DNA of 64,000 nt. Source: Eledone cirrhosa. Its lineage: Eukaryota. The stretch spans positions 62,001-126,000 of the forward strand of contig CAXHJY010001150.1 of NCBI GenBank assembly GCA_964016885.1. The letters are read 5' to 3'. How positions within the stretch are numbered: position 1 is the stretch's first letter; every line of letters begins with the position of its first letter. Under the pieces are notes generated by a model, which worked only from the letters and a program-made list of their open reading frames with translations, searched no databases and was not told where the DNA came from. The translations under genes and the position numbers were made by a program. This document shows positions 34,261 through 47,956 of the stretch, one piece after another.

Positions 34261-35140
34261 TAAATTTAGCGAGAATCGCATTTCGGTGGGTAGAAATTAG
34301 CGAAACGCAACTTACTTATTGTGCAGACAAGCGCTCCATGGATATGAAGAACATACCAGTGCTTTAAACATAAGTTTAAAAGGTCATACACACTGAGACG
34401 ATGGTTAAGAAGCCATTAACCACCATAGCCAAATAAGCGAACAAGCTAAACGGGTCAAACAAAATGAGATATGATTGAAATAGTTACCCGGACCCTCGGG
34501 GATGATGGAATACTCCGAATTTGGGTTTCTGCAACACCTAAATCAATAATACTGTGTGCTTATAAAAAATAAGCTATTGGTATAATGATCGAACAAGGCA
34601 TCGCTTTCTTAACAGGTTTTTGTTCTTCGTGCGCCAGAATCTCACAGGTTATGAAAGCACATGTGAGGTTCTAAGGGGAGAAAACCCCTATTTTGGCCAG
34701 TGAATTCAGCATATGTATATATATATATATATTTACTTTCCCTATTTTTTCCACGGTTACTTTTTTGCATGTTTCTTTCACCTGTGTCTTCCCATGATGG
34801 GACCTGTACACTTTTTTTCTTCTATTCCTTTCCTATTTTCCCCCTTCTTCCTCTCTCCTCATCTTTCCCCCCTGTTCTTCCTCCTTTCCCTCTCTTTCCT
34901 TTTCTCTCTCCATTTTTTTCTCTCTTTCTCTCTCCTTTTCCACCTGGCCTTTTGATTAATAAAAGGCCTCGGATGCACCCGAACTACACCGATGTCCTGC
35001 AATTCAGCGCCGAAACATCGGTTCGGGATACATTTACAGCTGACGATGGAAACTCCTTTCTTCCTTTCTCTTCCTGTTCCGTCCTAACCACCACCCTAAA
35101 CCTTGTTTTTAGTAACCACACAGCTCCTTTCGTTTCATAA

Positions 35141-35208
<68 letters not shown>

Positions 35209-35209
<1 letters not shown>

Positions 35210-35947
35210 AAATGGAAAAAATGAAATTTCATTCCCCACTCTTAGTACGGCTGATACTTAAATATAAGTATGTATACGTACATACATATATGTATACAGA
35301 CGCACAGTAGAACAAAATAGCAACGATGGTTGCCGAACACTGTACTGCTAATAATTCGGGCTGTTTGTTTACAAATAAACCGAGCATTGTAATAAATGTT
35401 CGCTAAACCCATAGGTACATATATATATGTGTGCATGTATGTTTGTATATACATACTACTGTGCGTCTGTATACATATATGTATGTACGTATACATACTT
35501 ATATTCAAGTATCAGCCGTACTAAGAGTGAGAAATGAAATTTCATTTTTTCCATTTATCGTTTTCGGTACGCCCGGCCGACTAACTCACTCGATATGCAA
35601 ATTAGGCTGTTCTGCCGTTAATATGCATAAGGAAAGTATATACTTTCAAACGTTCAATCAACTGACAGGAAAGTATACGGTGCTGATGACAGCTAATAAG
35701 CTAGAAACTAGTTCATCGTTCCTTTGTCAGTGTTGAACAAAATGGCAACGATGGTTGCCGAACACTGTACGGCTAATAATTCGGGCTGTTAGTTTAAAAA
35801 CAAACCGAACATTGTAATAAATGTTCGGTAAACCGTAAACCCATACGTTCATATATATATATATATATATGTGTGCATGTATGTATACTGTGCGTCATAC
35901 ATACTACTGTGCGTCTGTATACATATATGTATGTACGTATACATACT

Positions 35948-35950
<3 letters not shown>
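35209..35950 (+). mobile_element. Non-coding ~425-bp hammerhead repeat (family B): ~1.5 tandem units with an inverted 5' segment
   Basis: gaacaaaat.gcaacgatggttgccg at 35310 and 35735. 35209-35310 is the reverse complement of 35456-35557. (TA)n flanks. Confidence 0.8.
35662..35730 (+). ncRNA. Minimal type I hammerhead ribozyme (family B)
   Basis: CGGUG-CUGAUGA-c AGCU aaua AGCU a-GAAA-CUAG-UU-CAUCG; palindromic ACUAGU stem III; stem I extends through CUGACA/UGUCAG. Confidence 0.82.
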
Positions 35951-35973
<23 letters not shown>

Positions 35974-35979
<6 letters not shown>

Positions 35980-36057
35980 AAGAAATGAATACAAAGGTGT
36001 ATATACCGTTAAACATGTTGAACGGTATATACATCTTTGTATTCATTTCTTTTATAA
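35974..36057. repeat. 84-bp near-perfect palindrome
   Basis: ttataaaagaaatgaatacaaaggtgtatataccgttaaacat|gttgaacggtatatacatctttgtattcatttcttttataa. Confidence 0.9.
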
Positions 36058-36204
36058 CCGCTCTGCTTATATTCTCGACCACTAAATGTTAACGCTTCTA
36101 ATATTTAACCCTGTAGGCGCGAGTATTGAGCACATATGCACAAACTATTGGCAACTAAATATATGTATCGCTTATCTTTCCTTTTTCTCTCTCTCGATAC
36201 TTAA

Positions 36205-36278
<74 letters not shown>

Positions 36279-36651
36279 CACTTTCTCTCGACTGACCGCT
36301 TCCTCGCACTTCCACTCACTCACTCTCTGTTTCTCCCCTTCTCACTTCCTCCCGTTTGGCTTACAGTGGGTCTCTTCTTGCTTACATCTCACTCACGTCG
36401 GACGGTCTGTACCTTTCGCTCATGAAATCCACCCAGCTTATGCTGACCGGACAACCATGTTGCTTGTTTTTTTCCCTATCTTTGGTTTGCTTTTATCCTT
36501 CTATGTTATTTACTTGTCCCCCTCGCTTTACGCGATTTACTGGTCCCAATAACTTTTTTTAGTTATTGCTCGCACCAACCTGAGGTATCTGATTTTTAAT
36601 GCGATGAAATACCAATGATGGTTGGAAAATCACTGACGAAGGACTATTTTT

Positions 36652-36704
<53 letters not shown>

Positions 36705-36711
<7 letters not shown>

Positions 36712-37142
36712 TATGTATACGTACATACATATATGTATACAGACGCACAGTAGCATGTATGACGCACAGTATACATACATGCACACATATATATATATAT
36801 ATGAACGTATGGGTTTACGGTTTACCGAACATTTATTAAAATGTTCGGTTTGTTTTTAAACTAACAGCCCGAATTATTAGCCGTACAGTGTTCGGCAACC
36901 ATCGTTGCCATTTTGTTCAACACTGACAAAGGAACGATGAACTAGTTTCTAGCTTATTAGCTGTCATCAGCACCGTATACCTTCCTGTCAGTTGATTGAA
37001 CGTTTGAAAGTATATACTTTCCTTATGCATATTAACGGCTGAGCAGCCTAATTTGCATATCGAGTGAGTTAGTCGGCCGGGCGTACCGAAAACGATAAAT
37101 GGAAAAAATGAAATTTCATTTCTCACTCTTAGTACGGCTGAT
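36705..37142 (-). mobile_element. Inverted copy of family B unit with hammerhead at 36923-36991
   Basis: Reverse complement of ~35511-35950 with a few substitutions; hammerhead core identical. Confidence 0.85.
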
Positions 37143-37151
37143 TTTTCGTTT

Positions 37152-37270
<119 letters not shown>

Positions 37271-37324
37271 GAGAGAAAAGAGGGATAGATACATAGATAG
37301 ATAGTTAGAGCGAAAGAGAGAGAA

Positions 37325-37460
<136 letters not shown>

Positions 37461-37605
37461 GTGTGAGTGAAAAAGAAATGAAGTGGAGTAGTGTTGATGG
37501 AGAATTCTGTGGCGAGCTAAGTAACAATCAGAACAGGTTATACTAACTTCTAAACTGATATTTATACTTGAATATAATATGTTTAAGATATTTCTAGCCT
37601 TTGGT

Positions 37606-39370
37606 AGTTCACTTAGCTGTACTTACTTAACTGCTAACTCAGTTCACTTAGCTGTACTTACTTAACTGCTAACTCAGTTCACTTAGCTGTGCTTACTTAA
37701 CTGCTAACTCAGTTCACTTAGCTGTGCTTAATTAACTGCTAACTCAGTTCACTTAGCTGTACTTACTTAACTGCTAACTCAGTTAACTTAGCGGTGCTTA
37801 CTTAACTGCTAACTCAGTTCACTTAGCTGTCCTTACTTAACTGCTAACTCAGTTCACTTAGCTGTACTTACTTAACTGCTAACTCAGTTCACTTAGCTGT
37901 GCTTACTTAACTGCTAACTCAGTTCACTTAGCTGTGCTTAATTAACTGCTAACTCAGTTCACTTAGCTGTACTTACTTAACTGCTAACTCAGTTAACTTA
38001 GCGGTGCTTACTTAACTGCTAACTCAGTTCACTTAGCTGTACTTACTTAACTGCTAACTCAGTTCACTTAGCTGTCCTTACTTAACTGCTAACTCAGTTA
38101 ACTTAGCTGTGCTTACTTAACTGCTAACTCAGTTCACTTAGCTGTACTTACTTAACTGCTCAGTTCACTTAGCTGTACTTACTTAACTGCTCAGTTCACT
38201 TAGCTGTGTTTACTTAACTGCTAACTCAGTTCACTTAGCTGTACTTACTTAACTGCTAACTCAGTTAACTTAGCTGTGCTTACTTAACTGCTAACTCAGT
38301 TCACTTAGCTGTACTTACTTAACTGCTCAGTTCACTTAGCTGTACTTACTTAACTGCTAACTCAGTTCACTTAGCTGTGCTTACTTAACTGCTAACTCAG
38401 TTCACTTAGCTGTGCTTACTTAACTGCTAACTCAGTTCACTTAGCTGTGCTTAATTAACTGCTAACTCAGTTCACTTAGCTGTACTTACTTAACTGCTAA
38501 CTCAGTTAACTTAGCTGTGCTTACTTAACTGCTAACTCAGTTCACTTAGCTGTACTTACTTAACTGCTAACTCAGTTCACTTAGCTGTCCTTACTTAACT
38601 GCTAACTCAGTTAACTTAGCTGTGCTTACTTAACTGCTAACTCAGTTCACTTAGCTGTGCTTACTTAACTGCTAACTCAGTTCACTTAGCTGTGCTTACT
38701 TAACTGCTCAGTTCACTTAGCTGTACTTACTTAACTGCTCAGTTCACTTAGCTGTGTTTACTTAACTGCTAACTCAGTTCACTTAGCTGTACTTACTTAA
38801 CTGCTAACTCAGTTAACTTAGCTGTGTTTACTTAACTGCTAACTCAGTTCACTTAGCTGTACTTACTTAACTGCTCAGTTCACTTAGCTGTACTTACTTA
38901 ACTGCTAACTCAGTTCACTTAGCTGTGCTTACTTAACTGCTAACTCAGTTCACTTAGCTGTGCTTACTTAACTGCTAACTCAGTTCACTTAGCTGTACTT
39001 ACTTAACTGCTCAGTTCACTTAGCTGTACTTACTTAACTGCTAACTCAGTTCACTTAGCTGTACTTACTTAACTGCTAACTCAGTTCACTTAGCTGTGCT
39101 TACTTAACTGCTAACTCAGTTCACTTAGCTGTACTTACTTAACTGCTAACTCAGTTAACTTAGCTGTGCTTACTTAACTGCTAACTCAGTTCACTTAGCT
39201 GTGTTTACTTAACTGCTAACTCAGTTCACTTAGCAGTACTTACTTAACTGCTAACTCAGTTCACTTAGCTGTGTTTACTTAACTGCTAACTCAGTTCACT
39301 TAGTTGTACTTACTTAACTGCTAACTCAGTTCACTTAGCTGTACTTTCTTAACTGGTAACTCAGTTCAAC
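37606..39370. repeat. 35-bp minisatellite, about 50 copies, with 31-bp variants
   Basis: Unit agttcacttagctgtacttacttaactgctaactc. Confidence 0.97.
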
Positions 39371-39661
39371 ATACTTAGGTTTATGCTTATTTGCTATGAA
39401 ACACTCACTGCACTATTTAATGAAATACAATAGATCTGGTCGATGCCGCGAAACAGGCCAGGCTAGAAAGAATAGGACAAACGAGGTGGAGCGGTCAGTG
39501 TAGATCTGCAGAGAAGAGTTCACTAAATTAATATATATATGTACACGATACTGTTGTCTTTGGAGCCCATCCTTCTTCTACTTAGAACACAGCCGATAGC
39601 TTCCAGAGAAATAGAGAGAGAACGAATGAGTGCGTGAGAGAAAAAGAGTGTGTGTGTATGT

Positions 39662-39707
<46 letters not shown>

Positions 39708-39811
39708 GTGTGTGTGCGAGAGAGTGAAAGTGTGTGTGTGTGTGTGTATGTGTGTGCGTGTGTGTGTGCATGTGTGTGTGAGAGAGAGTGAAGTGCGAAA
39801 GAAGAAGAATC

Positions 39812-39960
39812 AACCCCAGTAATAGGTATTGTATTTATCGACCACAAAATGACGAGAAGTGAAGTTGCCCTCGACAGGATTTAAACTCAGAGCAGAGAGA
39901 GCAAACACCATAAAGCATTCTATCCGACGCTCTAAAATCTCTGTCACTTCGTCACCTTAA
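39812..39960 (-). mobile_element. SINE copy
   Basis: Minus strand reads ggtgacgaagtgacagagattttagagcgtcggatagaatgc...ctctgagtttaaatcc...gtcgataaa. Confidence 0.65.
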
Positions 39961-40083
39961 TATGTATTCACTGGAGAGATCACAGAATTATGTAAAGCAG
40001 CCATTTTATTCAACTGGTTTCTTTGAAATTGTTACTCAATAATATTATCCAACAATTTAACCAACCACTTTCAATGAACGAAC

Positions 40084-40145
<62 letters not shown>

Positions 40146-40254
40146 ACACAAACATACACACACACACAAACACACACATATATATATAAAGTTAAACAAT
40201 GTTTTCTCTGATCGAGACGAAGCGAGAATGTATTTGATTGAATATATATAATTG

Positions 40255-40420
40255 TTTCTATTTTTGGCACAAGGCCAGCAATTATCCCAGTGTATTACTG
40301 GTACTTTATTTTATAGACCCTGTAAGGATGAAAGGCAAAATTAACCTCGACGGGATTTGAACTCAGACCATAAAGGGCCGTAACTCTTTGCTGCAAAGCA
40401 TGGCGTCAGACCTTCTACCG
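40255..40420 (-). mobile_element. SINE copy
   Basis: Minus strand reads tggcggtatcggtagaag...ctgagttcaaatcccgtcgagg...aagtaccag...ccttgtgccaaa. Confidence 0.7.
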
Positions 40421-40983
40421 ATACCGCCAATCCACCTTTGGATTGAATATATATAATAATGAGAAAACTGTTCGCTAGAGCAGCCGTCAAAACAGCTAAA
40501 TACTGTCGAAGATAGCAATGGGGAAAATACCGGAGGAAAGAGACCAGTGGCCAGTGGTCAATAGTCAGGTAATCTACAAGGTGACAGGCAGATGAAATAT
40601 AGAAAAGATTGAAAGACGAGAAAGGCAAGAAGTCCTCTGGTACACAGAAGTGTGTGTGTGTAAACTTGTTTTGTACATTGCCTTTCGTTATTTCATTCTT
40701 CCAGTCATCTATATGTCTACGTGTCATTCTTTGAGTGTACGTTGAACTACAGGCCATGTTATTCTTTTCTGTTTTTCTATTTCTCTCCTTTCTATATTTT
40801 TCTCCTTTGGCTAAGCCCTCACGCACCCTTCTCTCCCTTCTTTGTCAGTTGAAGCAAGAGGGATACGTTTTCGTCTTTATATATGAAATTCGCCGAAAGG
40901 CATAAATTCTCCTGTCTTTGTCTCTACTTGCTTTGTTACGTTCCAAACAGTACTGGAATGAATAGTATCAACCTAAATGCACC

Positions 40984-41103
<120 letters not shown>

Positions 41104-41194
41104 GAAAAGTTATGTAAAGAATGAGAATAACTAAATAGCTCTGTAGCTTACATAAAGCACTCTCCTTTCCTTTACCTTTCCTACAGAAACACTT

Positions 41195-41261
<67 letters not shown>

Positions 41262-43843
41262 AATGTAACATATCAAATATGTTATAATTACGTGCTTCTC
41301 AATAAATTAGCTCAATAGACATTATCCAGAGCAATATTAAGTCAAATGTAGAAGATATATCTAAACTATAATAAAGTAACGAATGCGGGACTGCGTCCAG
41401 AATATTTTTTTTTTTATCCCGTTTGTAAAATAAGTTGGATTACTTTGAATAAATAATGAATGAATATTACATAATTTATCTACTAAATTTCGTTATTCTT
41501 GATTAAATATAAATAATTTTGTGGCTTATTTAAGATTCACTTCTTTAAAATTTTCAAATGTCAACACTTCCGGTTAGCGATCGCTTAAATAAACATTCGT
41601 ATATATTTCCGTCACTAATTTTCTAATGCGGTTTATATATAATATCGTCTTTTTTTAAATGTATCATGGATTACGTTACTGATTACATAAGACAGTGTAA
41701 TGCAGTCTTCGTTCAATTTCTGTGTATATTGTCAATTACGATTTTATTTGATGTATCATATCTACATGCATATATACTTGCGTATAATATCAATATGCAG
41801 ACTACACATGCTAGCAGAAAACCACCCGAAGGGTAGTTTTTCTGCTAGTGTATATAAAGAGAGAAAAAGAACCATATATCTAGAGAAGACTCAGTATATT
41901 GTATATATACTAAATAAATATTACAGAGAAGAACATGTACTCAAAAACGAATCAAAAGCGACCATATGGCGCCATTTCGTTAACTGTAAACTGTGAGTTA
42001 AAATCGATCTATGTGCACGGATATCGATTACAAACTATCGATTATAATTAAACCACAGCAAACTCATAAAACTCACTAGAGGTAAAGTTTTTAGCAATCT
42101 AATGGAAAAATAGAAGCAAAAAAAGTAGTATATAAAGCAGTAGTATATACTTGCAGATATCCGGAGAGAAGTTTAACGCCACACTATATTGAAAACCGCA
42201 TGTATTAACGAATTTTATTATTTCAGTTCGTCCTATTGGTAATTAGGTGTTAATTAGTCAATACAATATGTATACATATATATGTATATAATGTATGAAT
42301 GTATACAATCGCCCAATTACAAATAGGTACGTATTTATGTGAAGTTAGACAGGGATGAAGTAAGAAGCATTAGGTGACATGAAAGGTTGTTTATATGTTT
42401 ACGTGAACAGGCGAAGATTAGTCTAATTTATGTAGGTGTGTATAGTCCCGTAACTCTCTTCTGGGGAGTCGTAGGGGCGCCGTATTTACACGGCGTTTCT
42501 TGAGTATTTTGTAAACCTGGTGGAGCCCATCTCCTCTCCAGGTCTGAATACAGCAGATTTCTCCCCGAAAAGGATAGAGAGAGTAAGAGAAAGGAAGTGA
42601 GAAAGAAATATAGAGGAAGAATCGACTCCAGTACTACACAGCTACATATTTTATTGACCTAGTATGGATGAAAGGCAAAGTTGATCTCGGCGGAATTTGA
42701 ACTCAGAGAGCAGAGAGCAAAGCTTTCTATGTATATAACCTTCCCTGCGTCCAATACATCCGTATCACCGATAGGAGGCCAAACGGAGGGTGGTTTAAAA
42801 AATGTTGTTTCTATTACTAATAGTATTACTAATGCAGTGATACAATACAATTTATATAAGCAAAATATAGTCGAACTTATATAGGAGTTTCTGAAGAAAA
42901 AAAAGCAAAGTTTTAATAAATTTATTTTTCTCCAAATGTCTCTTATACGAAGGGGTATTATACAGGACAGCAAATACGGTAGTAGTTCCCAATTTTTCGA
43001 ATGACTAATTGAAGTCCTCAGCCGCATAACTCCTACGTGAGTAAGCTATAAAGAATATAGTCTTTTGCCTGAGGATTGTATTACACAACACCGGTTCTAT
43101 ACCATTATTTATTGAACTATACAACCTTACAAGTAATTGATTGATAAACGATTCTTGTCTCCTGAAAACAGCCTTTCGTAATTTAAAGTGTGCTTTTGTT
43201 GTGGTTTAAGACATTTTCTTTTCATAATAGCAGCCCGTATTTCATAGGACACATACACATACGCATGTACACACATACACGTACACACACACATACACAC
43301 ACGCATGTACACACATACACGTACACACACACATACATACACACACATACTTCGTCGCACGTACACATACAAACATATGCATTAACAGAAAAACTCATAA
43401 ACACCTGCTAACTTAAAGAGTATGTATGTATGTATGTATGTATGTATGTATGTATGTATGTATGTATGTATGTATGTATGTATGTATGTGTATGTATGTA
43501 TGTATGTATGTATGTATGTATGTATGTATGTATGTATGTATGGAGAAGGCATCTCAGGAAACTGGGTTAACTCCGACATAAAACCTGCGGCTCAGTAGTT
43601 ACCGATGATGTTGATCTTTTCTTCTTTTCGGGTTATAGCTACTGTCGCTCAGAGAGTGGGATTGGCTCAGTGCACAGTCTTTCCTCACTTTAAAAATATT
43701 CGTCACGCACAGGCATTGCACGAGTGCATTAATAATTATTAATAGTGTACTATTATTATTGTTGTTATTCCTTGAATCTCAGTCATTGATGTTGGTTAAC
43801 TGGAAAGTCCGTTGGAATGAATATCAAGCCACTACCTGCAGCC

Positions 43844-44340
43844 TCAGATATTCAGGACGTATCGGAGGGTTCTTCCTGTTCCAAGCAAGCATGCCTTTTG
43901 AAGCGTTCCAAAAAGCGTGAAGGGGCCGATTTTCTTTAACCATCCCTGGAAACTTTTGGAGATAGTCCCCAGTGCGCCTATGACAATCGGGATCACTTTG
44001 ACTTCAAGGCAGTTCCAAATCCTTTTCACCTCCCACTTTAGGTCCTGGTATCGGTTAATTTTCTCCCTCTCCTTCTCTTGCACTCTCGTGTCGAAAGGGC
44101 AGGCCACATCCACAATCAGACACGATCTTTTTTCTTTGTCCACAACCACCAGGTCAGGTCTATTGTGTTCCAGTTTTTTGTCCGTCTGTATCCTAAAATC
44201 CCACAGCACCTTCACCTGATTGTTCTCCATCACCGCCTCTGGCCTATGCTCATACCATTTCTCAGAATGTGGTAAATTGTTTACTTTGCACAGGTGCCAG
44301 TGGATCAGCCTGCCCATCACATCGTGTCTCCAGCCCTTAT
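43844..44340 (-). pseudogene. Restriction-like endonuclease C-terminus of an R4/Dong-like non-LTR retrotransposon, 5'-truncated
   Basis: RHD..KVLWDFRIQTD..HNRPDLVVVDK..IVDVACP..EKINRYQDL..IPIVIGALG; TAA-type repeats on both flanks. Confidence 0.9.
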
Positions 44341-44409
44341 AGTGGGTCTGGTATTATTATTATTGCTATTATTATTACTTTTTTTTTTTTTTTTTTTTTT
44401 TCCAATTCA

Positions 44410-47400
44410 ATGATGTTCCAGAACAATATAAAAGAGATAATTGGCAATTTAGGTTCTGGAACAAAAAAGATAATTGGCAATAAGGGCAGGGGCCCCAGGT
44501 TATCACAGCCTGGGCCCGCTCGTCATCGTGCCATTGTAATAGAGCCAAACAAGGCATTTAGTCTTGGCTGCTGGAACGTACGGACGCTGCTTGACAGGGA
44601 TTCCTTGGAGCGTCCTGAACGAAGGACCGCTCTTGTTGCAAAGGAGCTTCGACGTTACGATCTTGACATCGTGGCTTTATCTGAGACGAGGTTAGCTGGA
44701 GATGGTCATCTTACAGAATTTTGTGGAGAATATACATTCTTCTGGAAAGGAAGAGATGAAGGAACCAGAAGAGAGGCTGGGGTAGCATTTGCTGTTAAGA
44801 CTGTACTTGTGAATACATTAGAAGAATTCCCAGTAGAGATTAGTGAGCATCTTATGTCCATGAGAGTTCCGCTGGACAAAGGAAGATATGCGACCCTGGT
44901 GAGTGTGTATGCTCCAACTATGAATTCTGTCGAGGAAGAAAAAGCGTCCTTTTACCATGCCTTGAAAGGTGTTTTAAGAAATATCCCTCAGGCAGACAAA
45001 GTCATCGTGCTTGGTGACTTTAATGCTAGAGTGGGTAGGGTTTTAAACACATGGAATGTAATCGGAAGGCATGGGGTGGGAACGTGTAACAACTATGGTA
45101 TGCTCTTGCTGCAGATGTGTGAGGAGCTGGATCTGTGTGTTACCAACACCATGTTGCAACAAAAGAACAAATTCAAGACCACATGGATGCATCCTGCATC
45201 TAAGGAATGGCATCTTTTGGACTACGTCCTAGTCAGGATGCGTGACAGACAGGATGTGCAGTGTGTTCGTGTTCTTCGTGGAGCTGAGTGCTGGACGGAC
45301 CACCGCCTGGTACGCGCAAAAGTGAAACTAATCACTAAACGTAAAATCCGGGCTCCTGGTGTTGCCCTGCCCAAAAGATTGAATGCTGCTCGTCTTAAGG
45401 ATAAAAATGTGAAGAGGACATTGGAAGAAGAGATGCAGGCTGCAGATCTTGGTGAGGATTGTCCGACCCTTAAAAAGTCGGTTTATGATGTAGGCAGGCG
45501 TGTTCTGGGATTGGTGCAGAGAAAACATCAGGACTGGTTTAATGAGAATGATGTACATATAGAAGACTTGTTGGCTGATAAGAGGCGTGCTCTGTCACGC
45601 TACTTGACGGCAAAACCACAGGAGAGGAATACGTTGTATGAGGAACTCAGGGATGTAAATGCACGTGTTAGGCGGAGTCTTTCTCAGATGAAGGATCAGT
45701 GGTGGAGTGAGAAGGCTGGTGAGATACAAACTGCGTCTGATTCCAATAATACAAAGCTGTTGTACAGTCTCTTGCGTGAGGTTTATGGACCGTCTTCTTC
45801 TCTGGTGACACCGCTTCGCAGCAAGGATGGCAAAGAACTTCTTCGTGACTCACAAGGAATTCTACGAAGGTGGCGAGAGCACTTTGATGATCTTTTGAAT
45901 CAGCCGTCTGTCGTCAGTGAAGATTTCCTCAATCTCATTCCAGAAAGTCCTGTGAAACTAGCTCTCGCAGAACCTCCGACGCTTGTGGAGGTTGCAGTGG
46001 CTATTTCGAAGCTGAACAGTGGAAGATCTCCAGGTATGGATGGCATACATACTGAGCTCCTACAATATGGTGGTGAGAGACTCCTGCAACATCTTCACTC
46101 TTTGTTTGGCAGGATATGGGCTAATGAATCCGTACCTGAGGACTGGAGAGATGCAGTAATGGTGGTCTTGTACAAGTGAAAGGGTAACAGGAATGATTGT
46201 GGGAACTACAGAGGTATATCATTGCTTTTCTGTCGTAGGGAAAGTTTTATGTAGGGTGCTTCTGGACCGTCTGCTGACACACATTGCAGATTGTGTTCTT
46301 CCTGAAAGTCAATCTGGTTTTCGTGCTGGACGCGGCACTACTGATATGATCTTCTCAGATAGACAGCTCCAGGAGAAGTGCATGGAACAAGGCTTGGATC
46401 TGTATCAGGTTTTTGTCGATCTGACAAAAGCTTTCGATACCGTTAACAGAGATGCATTATGGAAGGTTCTCCAGAAACTTGGTTGCCCTGATAAGTTCCT
46501 TGCTTTAGTTAGGTCTTTCCATGACGACATGAAGGCTTGGGTTAATGTCGGAGGTAACATGTCGGAGCCTATCTCAGTAAAAAATGGAGTGAAACAGGGG
46601 TATATTCCAGCACCGACCCTGTTTGTCATATACTTTGCAATGGTTTTCTGTATTGCATTCAGGAATTGTGAGCATGGTGTTTACATTCGATATCGAACCT
46701 CAGGCAGCATATTTAACATCAGGCACTTTGCTGCGAAGACAAAAGTATTTACATCAATCATAAGAGACCTCTTGTATGCAGATGATTGCGATCTTGTAGC
46801 GCACACAGAGAGTGATATGCAGCACATTTTGAATGCATTTTCTAACGCTTGCACTGCCCTAGGTTTGACTGTCAGTCTCAAGAAAACCGTCGTCATGTAC
46901 CAACCTGCCCCTGGTAAGCAGTACACTGAACCAAACATCTATGTGTATGGCAAACGACTTGGAGTGGTTGATCAGTTTGTCTACCTGGGAAGCACTGTCA
47001 ATCGATACAGCAACCTTGACAGTGAAATCTCACTTAGGATTAGGAAAGCAAGTGATGCTTTCGGAAAGCTAGAAAGGCGACTCTGGGGTCGGCGAGACAT
47101 ATGCAGGAGGACAAAGGTAAAGGTGTACAGGGCATGTGTGCTCTCTTGTCTTCTTTATGCCTGCGAGACCTGGGTCACATATCGACACCACCTTAAGCAA
47201 TTGGAGCGTTTCCATCAGATGTGTCTCAGACGGATCCATGGCGTTCACTGGAGGGACCACATCAGTGATATCGAGATTTTGGAAAGCTCTATGTGTGACA
47301 GTACAGAAGCTCTTGTGCTTAAGCAACGACTCCGTTGGAGTGGTCACCTTGCCAGGATGAGGGATTCTAGAATACCAAAACAACTCTTTTATGGAGAGTT

Positions 47401-47956
47401 GGTTAAAGGAAAACGACCGCCACATAAATAAAAAAAGAGGTATAAGGATTCCTTGAAAGCCTCTCTGAAAGACGCTAACATCTCTGCTGATACATGGGAA
47501 AATATTGCTGCTGATCGTAATAAATGGAGAAAGACTGTATATGAGGGAAACGTTGCCTTTGAGGCATCTCGAATCGCATACGAGAAAGTAAAGCGGGGTG
47601 TGAGGAAGGGCATTGCTGTTGCACTTCCAGACGGCGAGGGTCCTCCTATGGTGCTGACATGCAGCGTCTGTGCGAGACTCTGCCTAAGCAAAGCTGGACT
47701 AGAAAGTCATCTTCGCAGTCATAAAGTAAGACCAGTGGTTGACTACCAGGCTGCTGTTGGAGATGCTACTCATCATGCTTGCCAAACATGTGGTAGAGAA
47801 TGTAAATCAGCAGGAGGGCTCAAGCGACATGCAAATGTACACGAACTCCAACCACAGCCGACTATTCCCAGTGAATGTTTTGGTTGCCGACTCTGTGCAA
47901 GACATTTTAGATCATTGGCTGGGCTAAAAAGCCACATTCGATCGCAACGCTGTTAG
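44410..47956 (+). pseudogene. RTE ORF: AP endonuclease, reverse transcriptase and three C2H2-type fingers; three lesions
   Basis: WNVRTL, LSETR, GDFNARVG, TDH; FVDLTKAFD, GVKQG, LLYADD. TGA at 46177, +1 frameshift near 46227, TAA at 47429. Start position uncertain. Confidence 0.93.

Noticed and set aside
37606-39370. CRISPR-like 35-bp periodicity
   Set aside because: Units are head-to-tail with no unique spacers, there are no cas genes, and the context is eukaryotic.
44269-44410. N-terminus of the 636-aa ORF
   Set aside because: It reads through the antisense RLE fragment, TTA repeats and poly-T, so it is not part of the RTE protein.
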